From a bacterium (lineage in GTDB: Bacteria > RBG-13-61-14 > DATKZS01): a DNA stretch of 64,000 nt. Positions 25,780 to 35,594 of the stretch are shown one piece after another. The stretch covers positions 64,001 to 128,000 of the forward strand of contig CAXXFL010000003.1 of assembly GCA_963674965.2 (NCBI GenBank). The letters run 5' to 3'. Below the pieces are notes generated by a model, which was not told the origin of the DNA, did not search any database, and saw nothing but the letters and a program-made list of their open reading frames with translations. The translations under genes were made by a program, and so were the position numbers. The number at the start of each line of letters is the position of its first letter. Positions within the stretch are counted from its first letter, which is position 1.

Positions 25780-26691
25780 TTATTTCTTGGCCATGATTTT
25801 CTGGAACGCCGGCATTCCGGCCTCCATGGCGTTCTTGAACTCCTTGGCCCCCTCCATGTTGGTGATTTCCTTCCAGGCCCCGAGCACGTCCTCGGGGGTG
25901 ATCTCCTTGTCGATGTCCAGGAAGGTCCCCTTGCCGTGAAGGATGGCCACCTTGGCGAAGAAGCCGCCGCCGACCGCGTAGACGCCGCCGCTTCCCGGGC
26001 ACTTGTCCGAGCAAAGCAGTCCGACCAGGGGCGAGACGAACTCGGGCTTTAAGGCCTCGACCACGTTGGGGGGCATGACCGTCTCGGTCAGCCTCGAGCC
26101 GGCCAGGGGCGCGATGGTGTTGGTCATGATGTTGTACTTGGCCCCCTCGATCTGGAGTGTGTTGGCCAGTCCCAGGATGCCGAGCTTGGCGGCCGAGTAG
26201 TTGGTCTGGCCGAAGTTTCCGAACAGTCCGGCGGCGCTGGTGGTCATGACGATACGGCCGTATTTTTTCTCCCTCATGATGGGGAAGGCGGCCTTGGTGA
26301 CGTTCCTCGATCCGAGGAGGTGGACCTTGAGCACCAAGTCCCAGTCGTTGTCCGTCTGCTTGAGGAAGGACACGTCGCGCAGGATGCCCGCGTTGTTGAT
26401 CACGATGTCGATGGTGCCGAAGTTGTCCACCGCCGTCTTGACGATCTTGTCGCCGTTGGCCACGTCGTTAAAGTCGGGAACGGCCTCGCCGCCCGCGGCC
26501 TTGATCTCGTCGCACACCTTCTGGGCCGGCGTGTTCGAGCCGTCGCCGCTTCCGTCCATGGCCCCGCCCAGGTCGTTAACCACGACCTTGGCTCCCCTCG
26601 AGCCCAAGAGCAGGGCGTGCGCCCTTCCCAGACCGGCGCCGGCGCCGGTTACGATCGCTACCTTGCCTTCAAATTTTACGTCGTCTCCCAT
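25780..26691 (-). CDS. SDR oxidoreductase, MFE-2/HSD17B4-like (3R)-hydroxyacyl-CoA dehydrogenase
   Basis: TGAGAGLG, VVVNDLG, NNAGILRD, GNFGQTNYSAAK (YxxxK), N.IAP.AGSRLTETVMP. Confidence 0.9.
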   Translation of the reverse strand: MGDDVKFEGKVAIVTGAGAGLGRAHALLLGSRGAKVVVNDLGGAMDGSGDGSNTPAQKVCDEIKAAGGEAVPDFNDVANGDKIVKTAVDNFGTIDIVINNAGILRDVSFLKQTDNDWDLVLKVHLLGSRNVTKAAFPIMREKKYGRIVMTTSAAGLFGNFGQTNYSAAKLGILGLANTLQIEGAKYNIMTNTIAPLAGSRLTETVMPPNVVEALKPEFVSPLVGLLCSDKCPGSGGVYAVGGGFFAKVAILHGKGTFLDIDKEITPEDVLGAWKEITNMEGAKEFKNAMEAGMPAFQKIMAKK

Positions 26692-26755
26692 TTTTTCCTC
26701 CTACCTTATTTTTTCGTTATTCGTTTCGCGCGAATCGGTATCCGCGATTATTCCC

Positions 26756-27967
26756 TTAAGCGTCGTACTTGCCCACGATGGATATGGAGCACACGTTCAT
26801 GAAGGGGAAACCGCCCAGGTTGTGGGTCAGTCCCAGCTTCGGGTTATCGAGCTGCCTCTTGTCGGCCCTTCCCTGCAGCTGGAGGTACATCTCGTAGAGC
26901 ATGCGGAGTCCCGAGGCCCCGATGGGGTGCCCGAAGCACTTGAGCCCGCCGTCCACCTGGCAGGGGACCCCGCCGCCGTCGCGGTTGAAGAAGCCGTCCA
27001 TTACGTCCTTGATGGCCCCGCCGCGGGGGGAGATATGCAGGTCCTCCATGGTCACCAGCTCGGTGATCGAGAAGCAGTCGTGGACCTCCATCATGCTGAT
27101 TTCCTTGCGCGGGTCCTTGACCCCGGCCTCCTCGTAGGCCCGGGTCGAGCATTTGTCCGTGGTCACGAAGTGGTCGCCCAGCCACTCGTTGTACCCGAAC
27201 TCGTACCCGTTCGAGAGCGCGAGCTGAATGGCCTTGACCGACACCAGGTCCTTCTTGCCCATCTGTTTGGCTATCTCCGGGGTGGTGACGATGGCGCAGG
27301 CCGAGCCGTCGGACACGCCGCAGCAGTCGAAGAGCCCGAGGGGGTCCGCGATGATGGGGGAGTTGAGTATCCTCTCGACCGGGACCTCCTTGGTCAGGTG
27401 GGCCTTGGGGTTGAGGGTCCCGTTCTTGTGGCTCTTGGACGACACGTGGGCCAGGGCCAGCTTGAGGTCCTCCCTCTTGACGTTGTAGCGGGCGCGATAG
27501 GCGCTGGCGAGCTGGGCGAAGCTGCCCGGCGCGGTGATGTTGGGAAGGCGCATAAAGTTGGTGGGACCGCCGCTCGAGCCGAGGTTGGGCAGTCCGCCGT
27601 ACCCGGTGTCCTTGAGCTTTTCCACTCCCAGGGCCAGGCATATGTCATACGCGCCGGAGGCCACGGCGTAGCAGGCTCCCCTGAAGGCCTCGGTCCCGGT
27701 GGCGCAGAAGTTCTCGACCCTGGTCACGGGGATGAAGGGAAGCCTGAGGGTGGTGGGAAGGGGAAGGGCGGAGAGGCCCACGTTGATGGCCTCGAGGGCC
27801 GACCCGAACCAGGCCGCCTGTATTTCCTTCTTCTCGATCCCGGCGTCCTCGAGGCACTCGAGGAAGGCCTCGACCATGAGGTCCTCGGGGCTGTCCATCC
27901 AGCGCTCCCCGAACTTGGTGCAGCCCATGCCGAGGATGACGACTTTATCTCTTATTCCAGTTGCCAT
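26756..27967 (-). CDS. SCP2-type thiolase / acetyl-CoA acetyltransferase
   Basis: Start MATGIRDK at 27967 (GGGAGG SD); VENFCATG, GVEK, DCCGVSDG, EVHDCF, GHPIGASG, HNLGG. Confidence 0.92.
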   Translation of the reverse strand: MATGIRDKVVILGMGCTKFGERWMDSPEDLMVEAFLECLEDAGIEKKEIQAAWFGSALEAINVGLSALPLPTTLRLPFIPVTRVENFCATGTEAFRGACYAVASGAYDICLALGVEKLKDTGYGGLPNLGSSGGPTNFMRLPNITAPGSFAQLASAYRARYNVKREDLKLALAHVSSKSHKNGTLNPKAHLTKEVPVERILNSPIIADPLGLFDCCGVSDGSACAIVTTPEIAKQMGKKDLVSVKAIQLALSNGYEFGYNEWLGDHFVTTDKCSTRAYEEAGVKDPRKEISMMEVHDCFSITELVTMEDLHISPRGGAIKDVMDGFFNRDGGGVPCQVDGGLKCFGHPIGASGLRMLYEMYLQLQGRADKRQLDNPKLGLTHNLGGFPFMNVCSISIVGKYDA

Positions 27968-27981
27968 TTTCCATACCTCCC

Positions 27982-29451
27982 TTACGACCCTTCCTGGCCG
28001 GCGGCCGCGGGAGCCGCTTTCCAGAAATAGCCGGAAAAACCGCGCTGCTCGTCGTAATACTTTTTCCGGAAGCTCATCTTGACCGGCACGCCGACCTCGA
28101 CGTCGGCCGCCTCGCAGTCCGTGAAGTCCATCATCATGCGGCCGCCCTCGTCGAACTGTACCATGCCGTAGATGGCGGGCGGGTCGACGCTGACCGCCAG
28201 CATGTCGGCGGTAAAGGTCAGTATCTTGGCCGAGCGGTCGGCGAACTCGACGGGGTCTTGCGAGTCCACGGCTCCGCAGCTGGGGTTGACGCATATGCGC
28301 TGGGACGGTATCTGGGGAACTCCGCACTCTCGGCAGACGCCGCCCACGAAGCCCAGGATGTTCCTGCGGTTTCTCCAGAGCGCGGAGAGGGCGGTCTGCT
28401 TGGGGGCCTCGGCCCTGATGCCCATTTCCGTCTCGATCACCTCGCGGAACTTGAGGAACTTGGTATAGGCCTTCTCCGTTTTCTTGCGGGCCAGGTGGCC
28501 GCTCACGGCCTGGCGGGCGGGCAGGTCCTTGATCTTGTCGGTGACCTGGAAAATGAGGGCGTCGGACCCCTGTCCGAAGCTGGCCACCAGTATCTTGTCT
28601 CCGGGCTTGGCCGTCTCGAGCTCTCGGGCCAGCATTATGAGGGGATGGGCCACGCCGCACTCGCCGGTCTCGACGTGCATGTTGGGCACGATCTGCTCGG
28701 GCGATGCGCCCAGGGCCTTTCCTATCCCGCCGTGGGGACCGGCGCCGAGGAAGCAAGGATAGATCACGCGGCTTACGTCCTTAAGCTCGACGCCGGCTTT
28801 CTTGAGGACCCCGCCCATGGCCTGGGCGTAGATTTTCATGTAGCCCTCGTCGCGTATCCAGCGCTCCTCCCAGTTGTAGTCGTAGCGCTCGCCCGCGCCC
28901 CGGTAGTGGTCCACGAAGTCGTGGGTCACCGAGAAGGTCCCCAGGCACTCCGCGATCACGTCGTCCTCGCCGAGCAAAAGGGCCGCGGCGCCGTCGCCGA
29001 ACCACAGCTCGTGGAACCAGGCCGCCTTGGTGATACGGTTGTCCGAGGCCGCCACCAGGACGTTCTTCATGTCGCTTCCCTTGACTCTCTCGAGGGCGGC
29101 CACCAGGGCCGAGGTCCCGGCCTTCTGGGTCGAGGTGAAGTCCGAGGAGGACACCTCGTCCTTCAGGTTGAGGGCCGTCGCCAGGATGCCGGCGTTGTCC
29201 CGGTCGGCGAAGGGCATGCTGGTCGAGGCCATCGAGACCGCGTCCACTTTCGACTTGTCCATGCCCGCCAGGCAGTCCCGGCTCGCCGCCACCGCCATGG
29301 TCAGGGCGTCCTCATCGTAGTTGCACATGGTGCGCTCGCCCTGGACCGCGGTAATCAAGCCGGGAGCCAGCCAGCTCATCGACATGTACATGGCCATCCG
29401 ATCCATGCGGAACCTGGGCAGATACGCTCCGTAAGATACTATTCCCGCCAT
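27982..29451 (-). CDS. HMG-CoA-synthase-like domain fused to DUF35 (Zn ribbon + OB fold)
   Basis: GIVSYGAYLPRFR, DEDALTMAVAA, GDGAAA, SFGQGSDA; C-terminal CRECG..QRICVNPSC, G.VQFDEGGR, YFWKA; usual catalytic Cys position reads STQKAGT. Confidence 0.88.
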   Translation of the reverse strand: MAGIVSYGAYLPRFRMDRMAMYMSMSWLAPGLITAVQGERTMCNYDEDALTMAVAASRDCLAGMDKSKVDAVSMASTSMPFADRDNAGILATALNLKDEVSSSDFTSTQKAGTSALVAALERVKGSDMKNVLVAASDNRITKAAWFHELWFGDGAAALLLGEDDVIAECLGTFSVTHDFVDHYRGAGERYDYNWEERWIRDEGYMKIYAQAMGGVLKKAGVELKDVSRVIYPCFLGAGPHGGIGKALGASPEQIVPNMHVETGECGVAHPLIMLARELETAKPGDKILVASFGQGSDALIFQVTDKIKDLPARQAVSGHLARKKTEKAYTKFLKFREVIETEMGIRAEAPKQTALSALWRNRRNILGFVGGVCRECGVPQIPSQRICVNPSCGAVDSQDPVEFADRSAKILTFTADMLAVSVDPPAIYGMVQFDEGGRMMMDFTDCEAADVEVGVPVKMSFRKKYYDEQRGFSGYFWKAAPAAAGQEGS

Positions 29452-29520
29452 TTATTTACCTCCTTGAATAGGTCCCGTTCCACCGAGGGGTACGGGCCGT
29501 ATACCTGACCGCCGGGCCCC

Positions 29521-30237
29521 TCAGGACCCGCCGGACCTTCCCTTCATCGAGTTGGTGATGTCCTGCCAGGCCGCCCACTGGCTGGCGCCTCCGTGCAGCA
29601 TCGAGGCCAGAACGATCACTATGTCCTCACGCCTGGACCCCTTGGTCCGGGCGTCGTAGATGCCCATGGCGATCGACATGGGAACCACCGCCCTGGCCAC
29701 CAGCTCCGTGTCGTAGGGCTTGGCGAAGCCGGCGTCGATATACATCTGGAGCGCGGCGGAAAGGACCAGGATGAACCTTTCCCATACCCGGTCGATCTCC
29801 CGCTGGAACTCGGGATCGTTGCCCAGCCCCTCCCGCAAAAGGATATTCAAAAGGGCCTCGTGCTGGCTGGCCTCGTCGAACATGCGCTGGATCGGCGCCC
29901 GCAAAAGCTCGTACTCCATCTGGATGCCGCCCCTGGTCTTCATGACGTCGATGGTCTCCCGAGTCAGCTCCCCCACGATGTCCTCGATGGTGTTGGTGAT
30001 CTTATCGATGATGGCGATGTATATCTCGCGCTTGCTTTTGAAGTTGGAGTAAAAACCTCCGGTGGTCACGCCGGCCGCGGCCGCCAGGTCTCTCACCGAG
30101 GTGCCCCGGTATCCCTTTTGAGCGAAGAGGTCGAGGGCCGCCGTTAAAAGCAGTTCCCTTGTTTCCTCTTTCCCCCGGCGCCACTCGTTGTTCGCGTTTG
30201 TCTTGCCGGCCTTTTCTTTTTTCTTGGTTCTAGCCAA
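29521..30237 (-). CDS. TetR/AcrR family transcriptional regulator
   Basis: AALDLFAQKGYRGTSVRDLAAAAGVTTGGFYSNFKSK (TetR HTH); probable TTG start at 30237 after a G-rich SD. Confidence 0.92.
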   Translation of the reverse strand: MARTKKKEKAGKTNANNEWRRGKEETRELLLTAALDLFAQKGYRGTSVRDLAAAAGVTTGGFYSNFKSKREIYIAIIDKITNTIEDIVGELTRETIDVMKTRGGIQMEYELLRAPIQRMFDEASQHEALLNILLREGLGNDPEFQREIDRVWERFILVLSAALQMYIDAGFAKPYDTELVARAVVPMSIAMGIYDARTKGSRREDIVIVLASMLHGGASQWAAWQDITNSMKGRSGGS

Positions 30238-30269
30238 TTTTCCCCCTTGCCTCCGAAGGTAATAACGAA

Positions 30270-30302
30270 TGTTATTTAACACGCCTAAATAACAAATGTC
30301 AA
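30270..30302 (-). promoter_or_regulatory. Sigma-70 promoter overlapped by a palindromic (TetR-type) operator
   Basis: TTGACA-N17-TTAAAT (30302-30274); perfect inverted repeat tgttattta-N7-taaataaca (30270-30294). Confidence 0.75.
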
Positions 30303-30454
30303 GAGATATCCGGAGGAAAAAGTATAGGGGAACAAGGCGCGGCGATCAAGGGCTAAAGCCCTGGACAAGTCGAGTATCTTTTGCGGGCGGTCCGGGTCCC
30401 GAAGCCGTCATGACGGTCTTCTCTCCTGGCGGGACGGCGCGTAAGTGGGTCAAA

Positions 30455-31654
30455 TCAATGGTGGGCGGCCTCGTCCTGGTGTGCCCGGTAGATTTCCTCC
30501 ACCTTGTCGAAACAGCCGCAAAAGGCCTCGACCAGGTCGGGATCGAAGTGGGTTCCCGCGTCCTTTTTGATCTCGCTCATGGCTTCATCCAGGGTCCAGG
30601 CGCGCTTGTAGGGACGCTTGGAGGTGAGGGCGTCGAAGACGTCGGCCAGCGCCACTATCCTGCCCTCGAGGGGAATGTCCTCGCCCTTGAGCTTTCGGGG
30701 GTAGCCGCTTCCGTCCCATTTCTCGTGATGGGTGAGGGCGATGACGCGGCTGAGCTCGAGCACCTCCGAGTCGGAGCCCTCCAGTATCTTGGCCCCGTAA
30801 ACGGTATGGTTTTCCATGATCTTGCGCTCGTCCGGGTCCAGCCTGGCGGGCTTTAGGAGTATGGCGTCGGGCACGCCCAGCTTGCCCACGTCGTGCATGG
30901 GGGAGGAGTAAAGTATGAGCTCGATTTTTTTTTCGCTCATGCCCAGGTACCGGGCCAGGGCGTGGGAATAAAGGCTCATGCGCTTGATGTGGTTGGCCGT
31001 GTCGTGGTCCTTGTACTCGGCCGCCATGCTCAGCCGGTGTATGGTCTCGAGGTAGGCCTTTTTGAGGCTCTCGGTCAGCCTGGCGTTGATGATGGCGACG
31101 GCCGCCTGGCTGGCCATGGACTTGACCGTCTCGACGGCCAACTCGTCGAAGGGCACGACCTCGAAGCATCGCTCGCCGGAGTCGCTCCAGCAGCGGGCGT
31201 TGATGAGCTGAACCACGCCGACCACCTCGCCCTGGGGGTCGATCATGGGAGCGGTCAGCATGGACTTGCTAACGTAGTCGTTCTTCTCGTCGTAGCTCTT
31301 GTTGAAGCGGAAGGGCTTGCCCGGCGGAAGCTCGTTCACGTCGGGGATGTTGAGCAGCTCGGCGTTGTTGGCCGCGTAGCCGGCGATGCTCTCGTTGGTA
31401 ATGGGAAGGGGGAATGGCTTGAACTTTTCCATCACCAGCCCCCGGTCCTTGTACCTGTTGCGCAGGGTCTCGTTCTGGCTGACCACGAAATTAAGGACCT
31501 CGCCCTCCTTGATGTAAAGGCTGCCCGCGTCGGCGTTGGTCAGGGCCCGGGCCTCGCTCACGATGGTCTCGAGCAGCTTGGAAAGGTCCCGCTCGCTGGT
31601 CAGCGCCGTTCCCACCCTGGTGAGTTTTTGCAGACTTTCGGCTATGTCCATCAT
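30455..31654 (-). CDS. GAF + HD-GYP cyclic dinucleotide phosphodiesterase
   Basis: GAF (ADAGSLY, SIAGY, SMLTAPM..VVGVVQLIN); T.NH..R, MHDVGK, HHEKWDGSGYP, ADVFDAL.S.RPYK. Confidence 0.95.
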   Translation of the reverse strand: MMDIAESLQKLTRVGTALTSERDLSKLLETIVSEARALTNADAGSLYIKEGEVLNFVVSQNETLRNRYKDRGLVMEKFKPFPLPITNESIAGYAANNAELLNIPDVNELPPGKPFRFNKSYDEKNDYVSKSMLTAPMIDPQGEVVGVVQLINARCWSDSGERCFEVVPFDELAVETVKSMASQAAVAIINARLTESLKKAYLETIHRLSMAAEYKDHDTANHIKRMSLYSHALARYLGMSEKKIELILYSSPMHDVGKLGVPDAILLKPARLDPDERKIMENHTVYGAKILEGSDSEVLELSRVIALTHHEKWDGSGYPRKLKGEDIPLEGRIVALADVFDALTSKRPYKRAWTLDEAMSEIKKDAGTHFDPDLVEAFCGCFDKVEEIYRAHQDEAAHH

Positions 31655-31877
31655 AAAGGGACCTCCATAAATCTCGATTAAACTTTTCGGGCCTTATATA
31701 AGGTTAATCACTGGACGGAAGATTGGAAGACCCGTTGGAAATAAAAAATAGCACGGCCTGATCGGCGATTAAAGGAAGAAAGCCAAAATCGTTTCGCCAC
31801 GCGAGTTCGCGATCGGGCATCGGCCCGGGCCGGACTGGCCGGGATTGCTCGTCGTGATATACTTTTGTTTTGAACAG

Positions 31878-33650
31878 ATGAAGGACCGAAGGCAAAAACG
31901 GGCCCTCTCGCCCGCGGGAGTCCGCGCGAGAGAGGGACTGGTCGAGAAGGGACCTTTTCCGCTCGAGAGGGGGGCCGTGCTCAAAAAGGGCGGCGACTAT
32001 ATCCGGGTCGCCCTTTGCTATCCCAATTATTATGAGATGGCCATGGGCAACCTCGGCTTTCATCACGCCTACCACCTGTTCAACCTCGAGGAGGACGTGG
32101 CGTGCGAGCGGGTCACCAAGAGTTATCTGGGCCGCGCGCCCGTCTCGATCGAGAGCGGACGGCCGCTTCGGGAGTTCGAGATCGTCGCCTTTTCCATGTC
32201 CTACGAGTCGGACCTTCTCAACATGATCAGGATACTGAACGACGCGGGCCTACCCCTTGGCCAGGAGGAGCGAAACTCGAGCGGATGCCCCCTGGTTTTG
32301 CTCGGGGGGGTGACGGCTTTTTTGAATCCCGAGCCGGCGGCCCCTTTCGTGGACTTGGCGGCCATCGGTGAGGCCGAGGTCATCGTCCCGCTTTTCCTGG
32401 ATCGTTACCGGGAGCTTCGTGGAAGTCCCAAGCCCGATTTGATCCGGGAACTGGGCTCGGTGGAGGGTATATACGCTCCTTCCCTTTACGCTCTGGAATA
32501 CGGGGAGGACCAGACGATTCTTTGCCGGCGGCCTCTTTCGGACTCGGCCCCGGAAAGGATAATGAGGGCGGTTTGTCAGGACCCCGAGGCCCCGCTCGCC
32601 ATAACGCGGGTGTTCACCGGCCGGGCCGAGTTTTGCGACATGGCCCTGGTCGAGATTTCGAGGGGATGCGCCCGGGGCTGCCGCTTTTGCGCCGGTTCCT
32701 TCGTTTACCGGCCGCCCCGGTATTTCGAGGAGGCGCGGATTCGGGAGGAATTGGGAAGGGGGTTTCGGGAGAGGGACAAGGCCGGCCTGATCGCGGCCAC
32801 GGCGGCCGATCATCCGGGGTTCGACTCCCTGCGAAACTGGATCGGCTCGATGCATAAGACCCACTCGGTCTCGAGCCTCAGACTGGACGAGGTCACGCCC
32901 GAGCTTCTGGAAGACATAAGGTCATGCGGCCACAAGACCGTGACCCTCGCCCCGGAGGCGGGAAGCGAAAGGCTCCGCCTGGCGGCCAACAAGCCCATAA
33001 CGGACGAGGAGATTCTGAGCGCCATGGAAATGGTCGGCGCCTCGGACATTCCCCGCCTTAAGCTTTACTTCCAGGTGGGACTACCCTTCGAGGAGGAGGA
33101 CGACGTCGAGGCGATCGTCCGGCTGATGGAAAAAATCAAGGCCGCCCTGGCCCGGGGATGGGGCAAACGAAACTGGGCCGCGGCCGTCAACGTCTCGATC
33201 AATCCCTTTGTCCCCAAGCCCTCGACTCCCTTCCAGTGGGTCCCCATGGCCGGGACCTCCTATTTGAAGAAGTCGCTCAAGTTCCTGCGCGAGTCCCTGG
33301 CCAAGCTGGGAGGCGTCAGCGTCTCGAGCATGTCCGCCAGGGAGGCCATGAACCAGGCCTTGATCGCCCGGGGCGACGGGAGACTGGCCGCGGCCCTGAT
33401 CAAGGCGGTCAAGACCGGCAAAGGCCCGTCGGCCGTGGTCAGGCGCGGGTTCGCTTATTCTCCCGACGCCTGGTGGTACGTGCATCGGGAAAGGGGCCGG
33501 GATGAAGTCCTCCCCTGGGACTTCATCGAACATGGAGTATCCAAGGATTACTTATGGGAAGAATACGTCAAGGCGGGGAAAGCCAAAACCACCCCGCCCT
33601 GCTCGCCCGGAAGGTGCTCGAGGTGCGAGGCCTGTAAAACTGAAAGATAG
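31878..33650 (+). CDS. Radical SAM protein (TIGR03960/YgiQ-like)
   Basis: YPNYY.MAMGNLG, EISRGCARGCRFC, TLAPEAGSERLR, LKLYFQVGLP, PFVPKPSTPFQW, LPWDFI, C-terminal C..C..C..C. Confidence 0.9.
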   Translation: MKDRRQKRALSPAGVRAREGLVEKGPFPLERGAVLKKGGDYIRVALCYPNYYEMAMGNLGFHHAYHLFNLEEDVACERVTKSYLGRAPVSIESGRPLREFEIVAFSMSYESDLLNMIRILNDAGLPLGQEERNSSGCPLVLLGGVTAFLNPEPAAPFVDLAAIGEAEVIVPLFLDRYRELRGSPKPDLIRELGSVEGIYAPSLYALEYGEDQTILCRRPLSDSAPERIMRAVCQDPEAPLAITRVFTGRAEFCDMALVEISRGCARGCRFCAGSFVYRPPRYFEEARIREELGRGFRERDKAGLIAATAADHPGFDSLRNWIGSMHKTHSVSSLRLDEVTPELLEDIRSCGHKTVTLAPEAGSERLRLAANKPITDEEILSAMEMVGASDIPRLKLYFQVGLPFEEEDDVEAIVRLMEKIKAALARGWGKRNWAAAVNVSINPFVPKPSTPFQWVPMAGTSYLKKSLKFLRESLAKLGGVSVSSMSAREAMNQALIARGDGRLAAALIKAVKTGKGPSAVVRRGFAYSPDAWWYVHRERGRDEVLPWDFIEHGVSKDYLWEEYVKAGKAKTTPPCSPGRCSRCEACKTER

Positions 33651-33665
33651 TCCGCCGGCCCCTCC

Positions 33666-34379
33666 TCATTTCGCTTTGGGTCTTAGGGCGCCTTCCATGA
33701 AGTCGGCCGCGTTCACGCCCGCCTCATCCTCGGCCCCCATATAGAAATGGTCCACCCCCTCGATAAAAACCAGGCGGCATACCGATCCCAGGTTGATGGA
33801 AAGGTCCTTGGCCGAGTTGACCGGACAGAACTGGTCGCGGGTCCCCGTCAGCAAAAGGGTCGGGGGAGGGGCCGCGTAAAAGGCGGCGTTCCAATCGCTC
33901 CTCTTCCATCCGCCGGCCGGCGTCATGGGACTGATTAAGGCCAGGGCCGCCGGGGCGGGGACCCTGGCCGCCGGGTCGTCCACCTCGAACCCGGCGAGGG
34001 ACGCTATCCTCGAGGCCGCCCGGACCGCCATAAGGCCGCCGAAGCTGTAGCCGGCCAGGCCGATCCTTGAGGGGTCCGTCTCGGGACGCGAGGCCAGATA
34101 GCCCAGCGCCCCGATCGCGTCCATGGTCTCGCCCCTCATCTCCGAGTACTCGCCCTCGCTCCCGCCCACGCCCCGGAAATTGAAACAGAGCGTGGATATG
34201 CCCCTGGCGAAGAGATGCGCCTCGAGGGCGTATACAACGTTGTTGTCCATGCTGCCCCCGAACTGGGGATGTGGATGGCAGATGACGGCGGCGGGTCCCG
34301 GCCCGCGGGTGGCGGCGCGGAACCGGCCCCTCAAAGAAAGGCCCTCGGAGAGGAACTGGACGGCCTCGGCTTTAGGCAT
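33666..34379 (-). CDS. Alpha/beta-fold hydrolase
   Basis: CHPHPQFGGSMDNNVV, FNFRGVGGSEG, GYSFG, D and H (GVDHF) triad. Confidence 0.92.
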   Translation of the reverse strand: MPKAEAVQFLSEGLSLRGRFRAATRGPGPAAVICHPHPQFGGSMDNNVVYALEAHLFARGISTLCFNFRGVGGSEGEYSEMRGETMDAIGALGYLASRPETDPSRIGLAGYSFGGLMAVRAASRIASLAGFEVDDPAARVPAPAALALISPMTPAGGWKRSDWNAAFYAAPPPTLLLTGTRDQFCPVNSAKDLSINLGSVCRLVFIEGVDHFYMGAEDEAGVNAADFMEGALRPKAK

Positions 34380-34400
34380 GATCGGTCTCCATATAATGGG

Positions 34401-35594
34401 TTATTCCGAGATATGCCCGGCGTACTCGGCCAGGGCAAACTTGGGCGACTTGTCCTCGAACAGTACCCGCCTTCCGGCTCTGGCCAGTCCCTCGGATATT
34501 TTTTTCAGGTCCCTGGGCGGGGCCTTGAGGTTGATGGCGGCCTGGGCGAAGGCCCCGTAGGCTGTTTCCCTGACCGTTCCGGTATGGCCCCATCCGTCCT
34601 TTCTGACCGGAAGGGCGTTCGAGTTGAAGAGCAGGTCCTGCTGGACCTGGGAGGAGCACATGGCGACGATGAAGTTCATGGCCTCCTCCTCGTTTTCCGA
34701 GGCGGCGGTGACGGCCAGGTAGGACCCCAGGAAGGCTTCTCCCTTGAAGTTGCCGGCGCCCTCAAGGATGGGCACGACGCGGTAGTATCCCGGGATGGTG
34801 TCGTCAAAGGTCAGGGGCACGAGTCCCTTGGGCCACTCGATGAAGACCTCGGGCAGGCTCGCGTAGTGGGTATGGACCTCGCCGCCCCGGATAATGGCCG
34901 ACTCGTCGGTCACGAGGGGACTGATCTGGGCCAGCCAGTTCATGGCGTCCAGCAGGCCGGGGTCCTCCGGGTCCTCGGGATCGCCCCCGAAGCAGAAGAC
35001 GACCGAGCAGACGAAGGCGTAAAACTCGCGGTCGTCCGCCGCCGGAATGGCCATCTGGGCCCGCTCGTGCTCGGCCACCTTGGCCAGGTAATCCAGGTTC
35101 TTGTACTTGAGAAAATAGTCCTGGCTGATAACCAGGGCCGGCCACGAGAGGCGCCAGGGAATGAAAAGGTTTTTGTCGCCGAACTTACCCGCCTCGAAGG
35201 GGCCGCCGTAAAAAAGCCCTATATCGAAGGACTTGGTGAAAAGAGGCTGAAGGTCGCGCACCGCGGGCGCGGCGTCCTCCAGGTCGAACAGGTCCACCTC
35301 GACCACGTCCACGTCGTCCAAAAGGGAGGGGTCCTCGATCAAGGCGTGTCTCAAATCCAGCGGGTCCTTGTACTCGATCTCTACCTTGGCGCCGCCGTAG
35401 TCCTCGAACTGGTCCGCGAAAATGCCAAGGGATATCTCTGCCTCGGGGTTCTCGACTAGCCAGACCAGGAGCGTGCCCGGGTCCTTGCGCCTCTGGCCGG
35501 TTATGAGCGGAGTGAACAGGACCACGAGAAAAACCAGGGCGATGACCGCGGCCACCGCCTGGAAAATCTGGATTCTGGCCCTCGAGTCGCTCAC
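34401..35594 (-). CDS. Membrane-anchored extracellular solute-binding protein (sugar-binding family 1-like)
   Basis: N-terminal TM helix; DVVEVD, G.FG..NLFIPW, GSYLAV..S.N.EEA..FI, ALPVRKD; GTG start overlaps the upstream stop (GTGA). Confidence 0.65.
   Translation of the reverse strand: MSDSRARIQIFQAVAAVIALVFLVVLFTPLITGQRRKDPGTLLVWLVENPEAEISLGIFADQFEDYGGAKVEIEYKDPLDLRHALIEDPSLLDDVDVVEVDLFDLEDAAPAVRDLQPLFTKSFDIGLFYGGPFEAGKFGDKNLFIPWRLSWPALVISQDYFLKYKNLDYLAKVAEHERAQMAIPAADDREFYAFVCSVVFCFGGDPEDPEDPGLLDAMNWLAQISPLVTDESAIIRGGEVHTHYASLPEVFIEWPKGLVPLTFDDTIPGYYRVVPILEGAGNFKGEAFLGSYLAVTAASENEEEAMNFIVAMCSSQVQQDLLFNSNALPVRKDGWGHTGTVRETAYGAFAQAAINLKAPPRDLKKISEGLARAGRRVLFEDKSPKFALAEYAGHISE

Noticed and set aside
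26201..29508. Long plus-strand ORFs (609 aa, 515 aa) and the 666-aa extension of the thiolase ORF
   Set aside because: Antisense or overlapping shadows typical of high-GC coding DNA. The thiolase has a clear SD and start at 27967, and the extension overlaps the HMGS-like gene in another frame
30296..30856. 186-aa plus-strand ORF between tetR and HD-GYP
   Set aside because: Mostly antisense to the HD-GYP gene and starts inside the tetR -35 element
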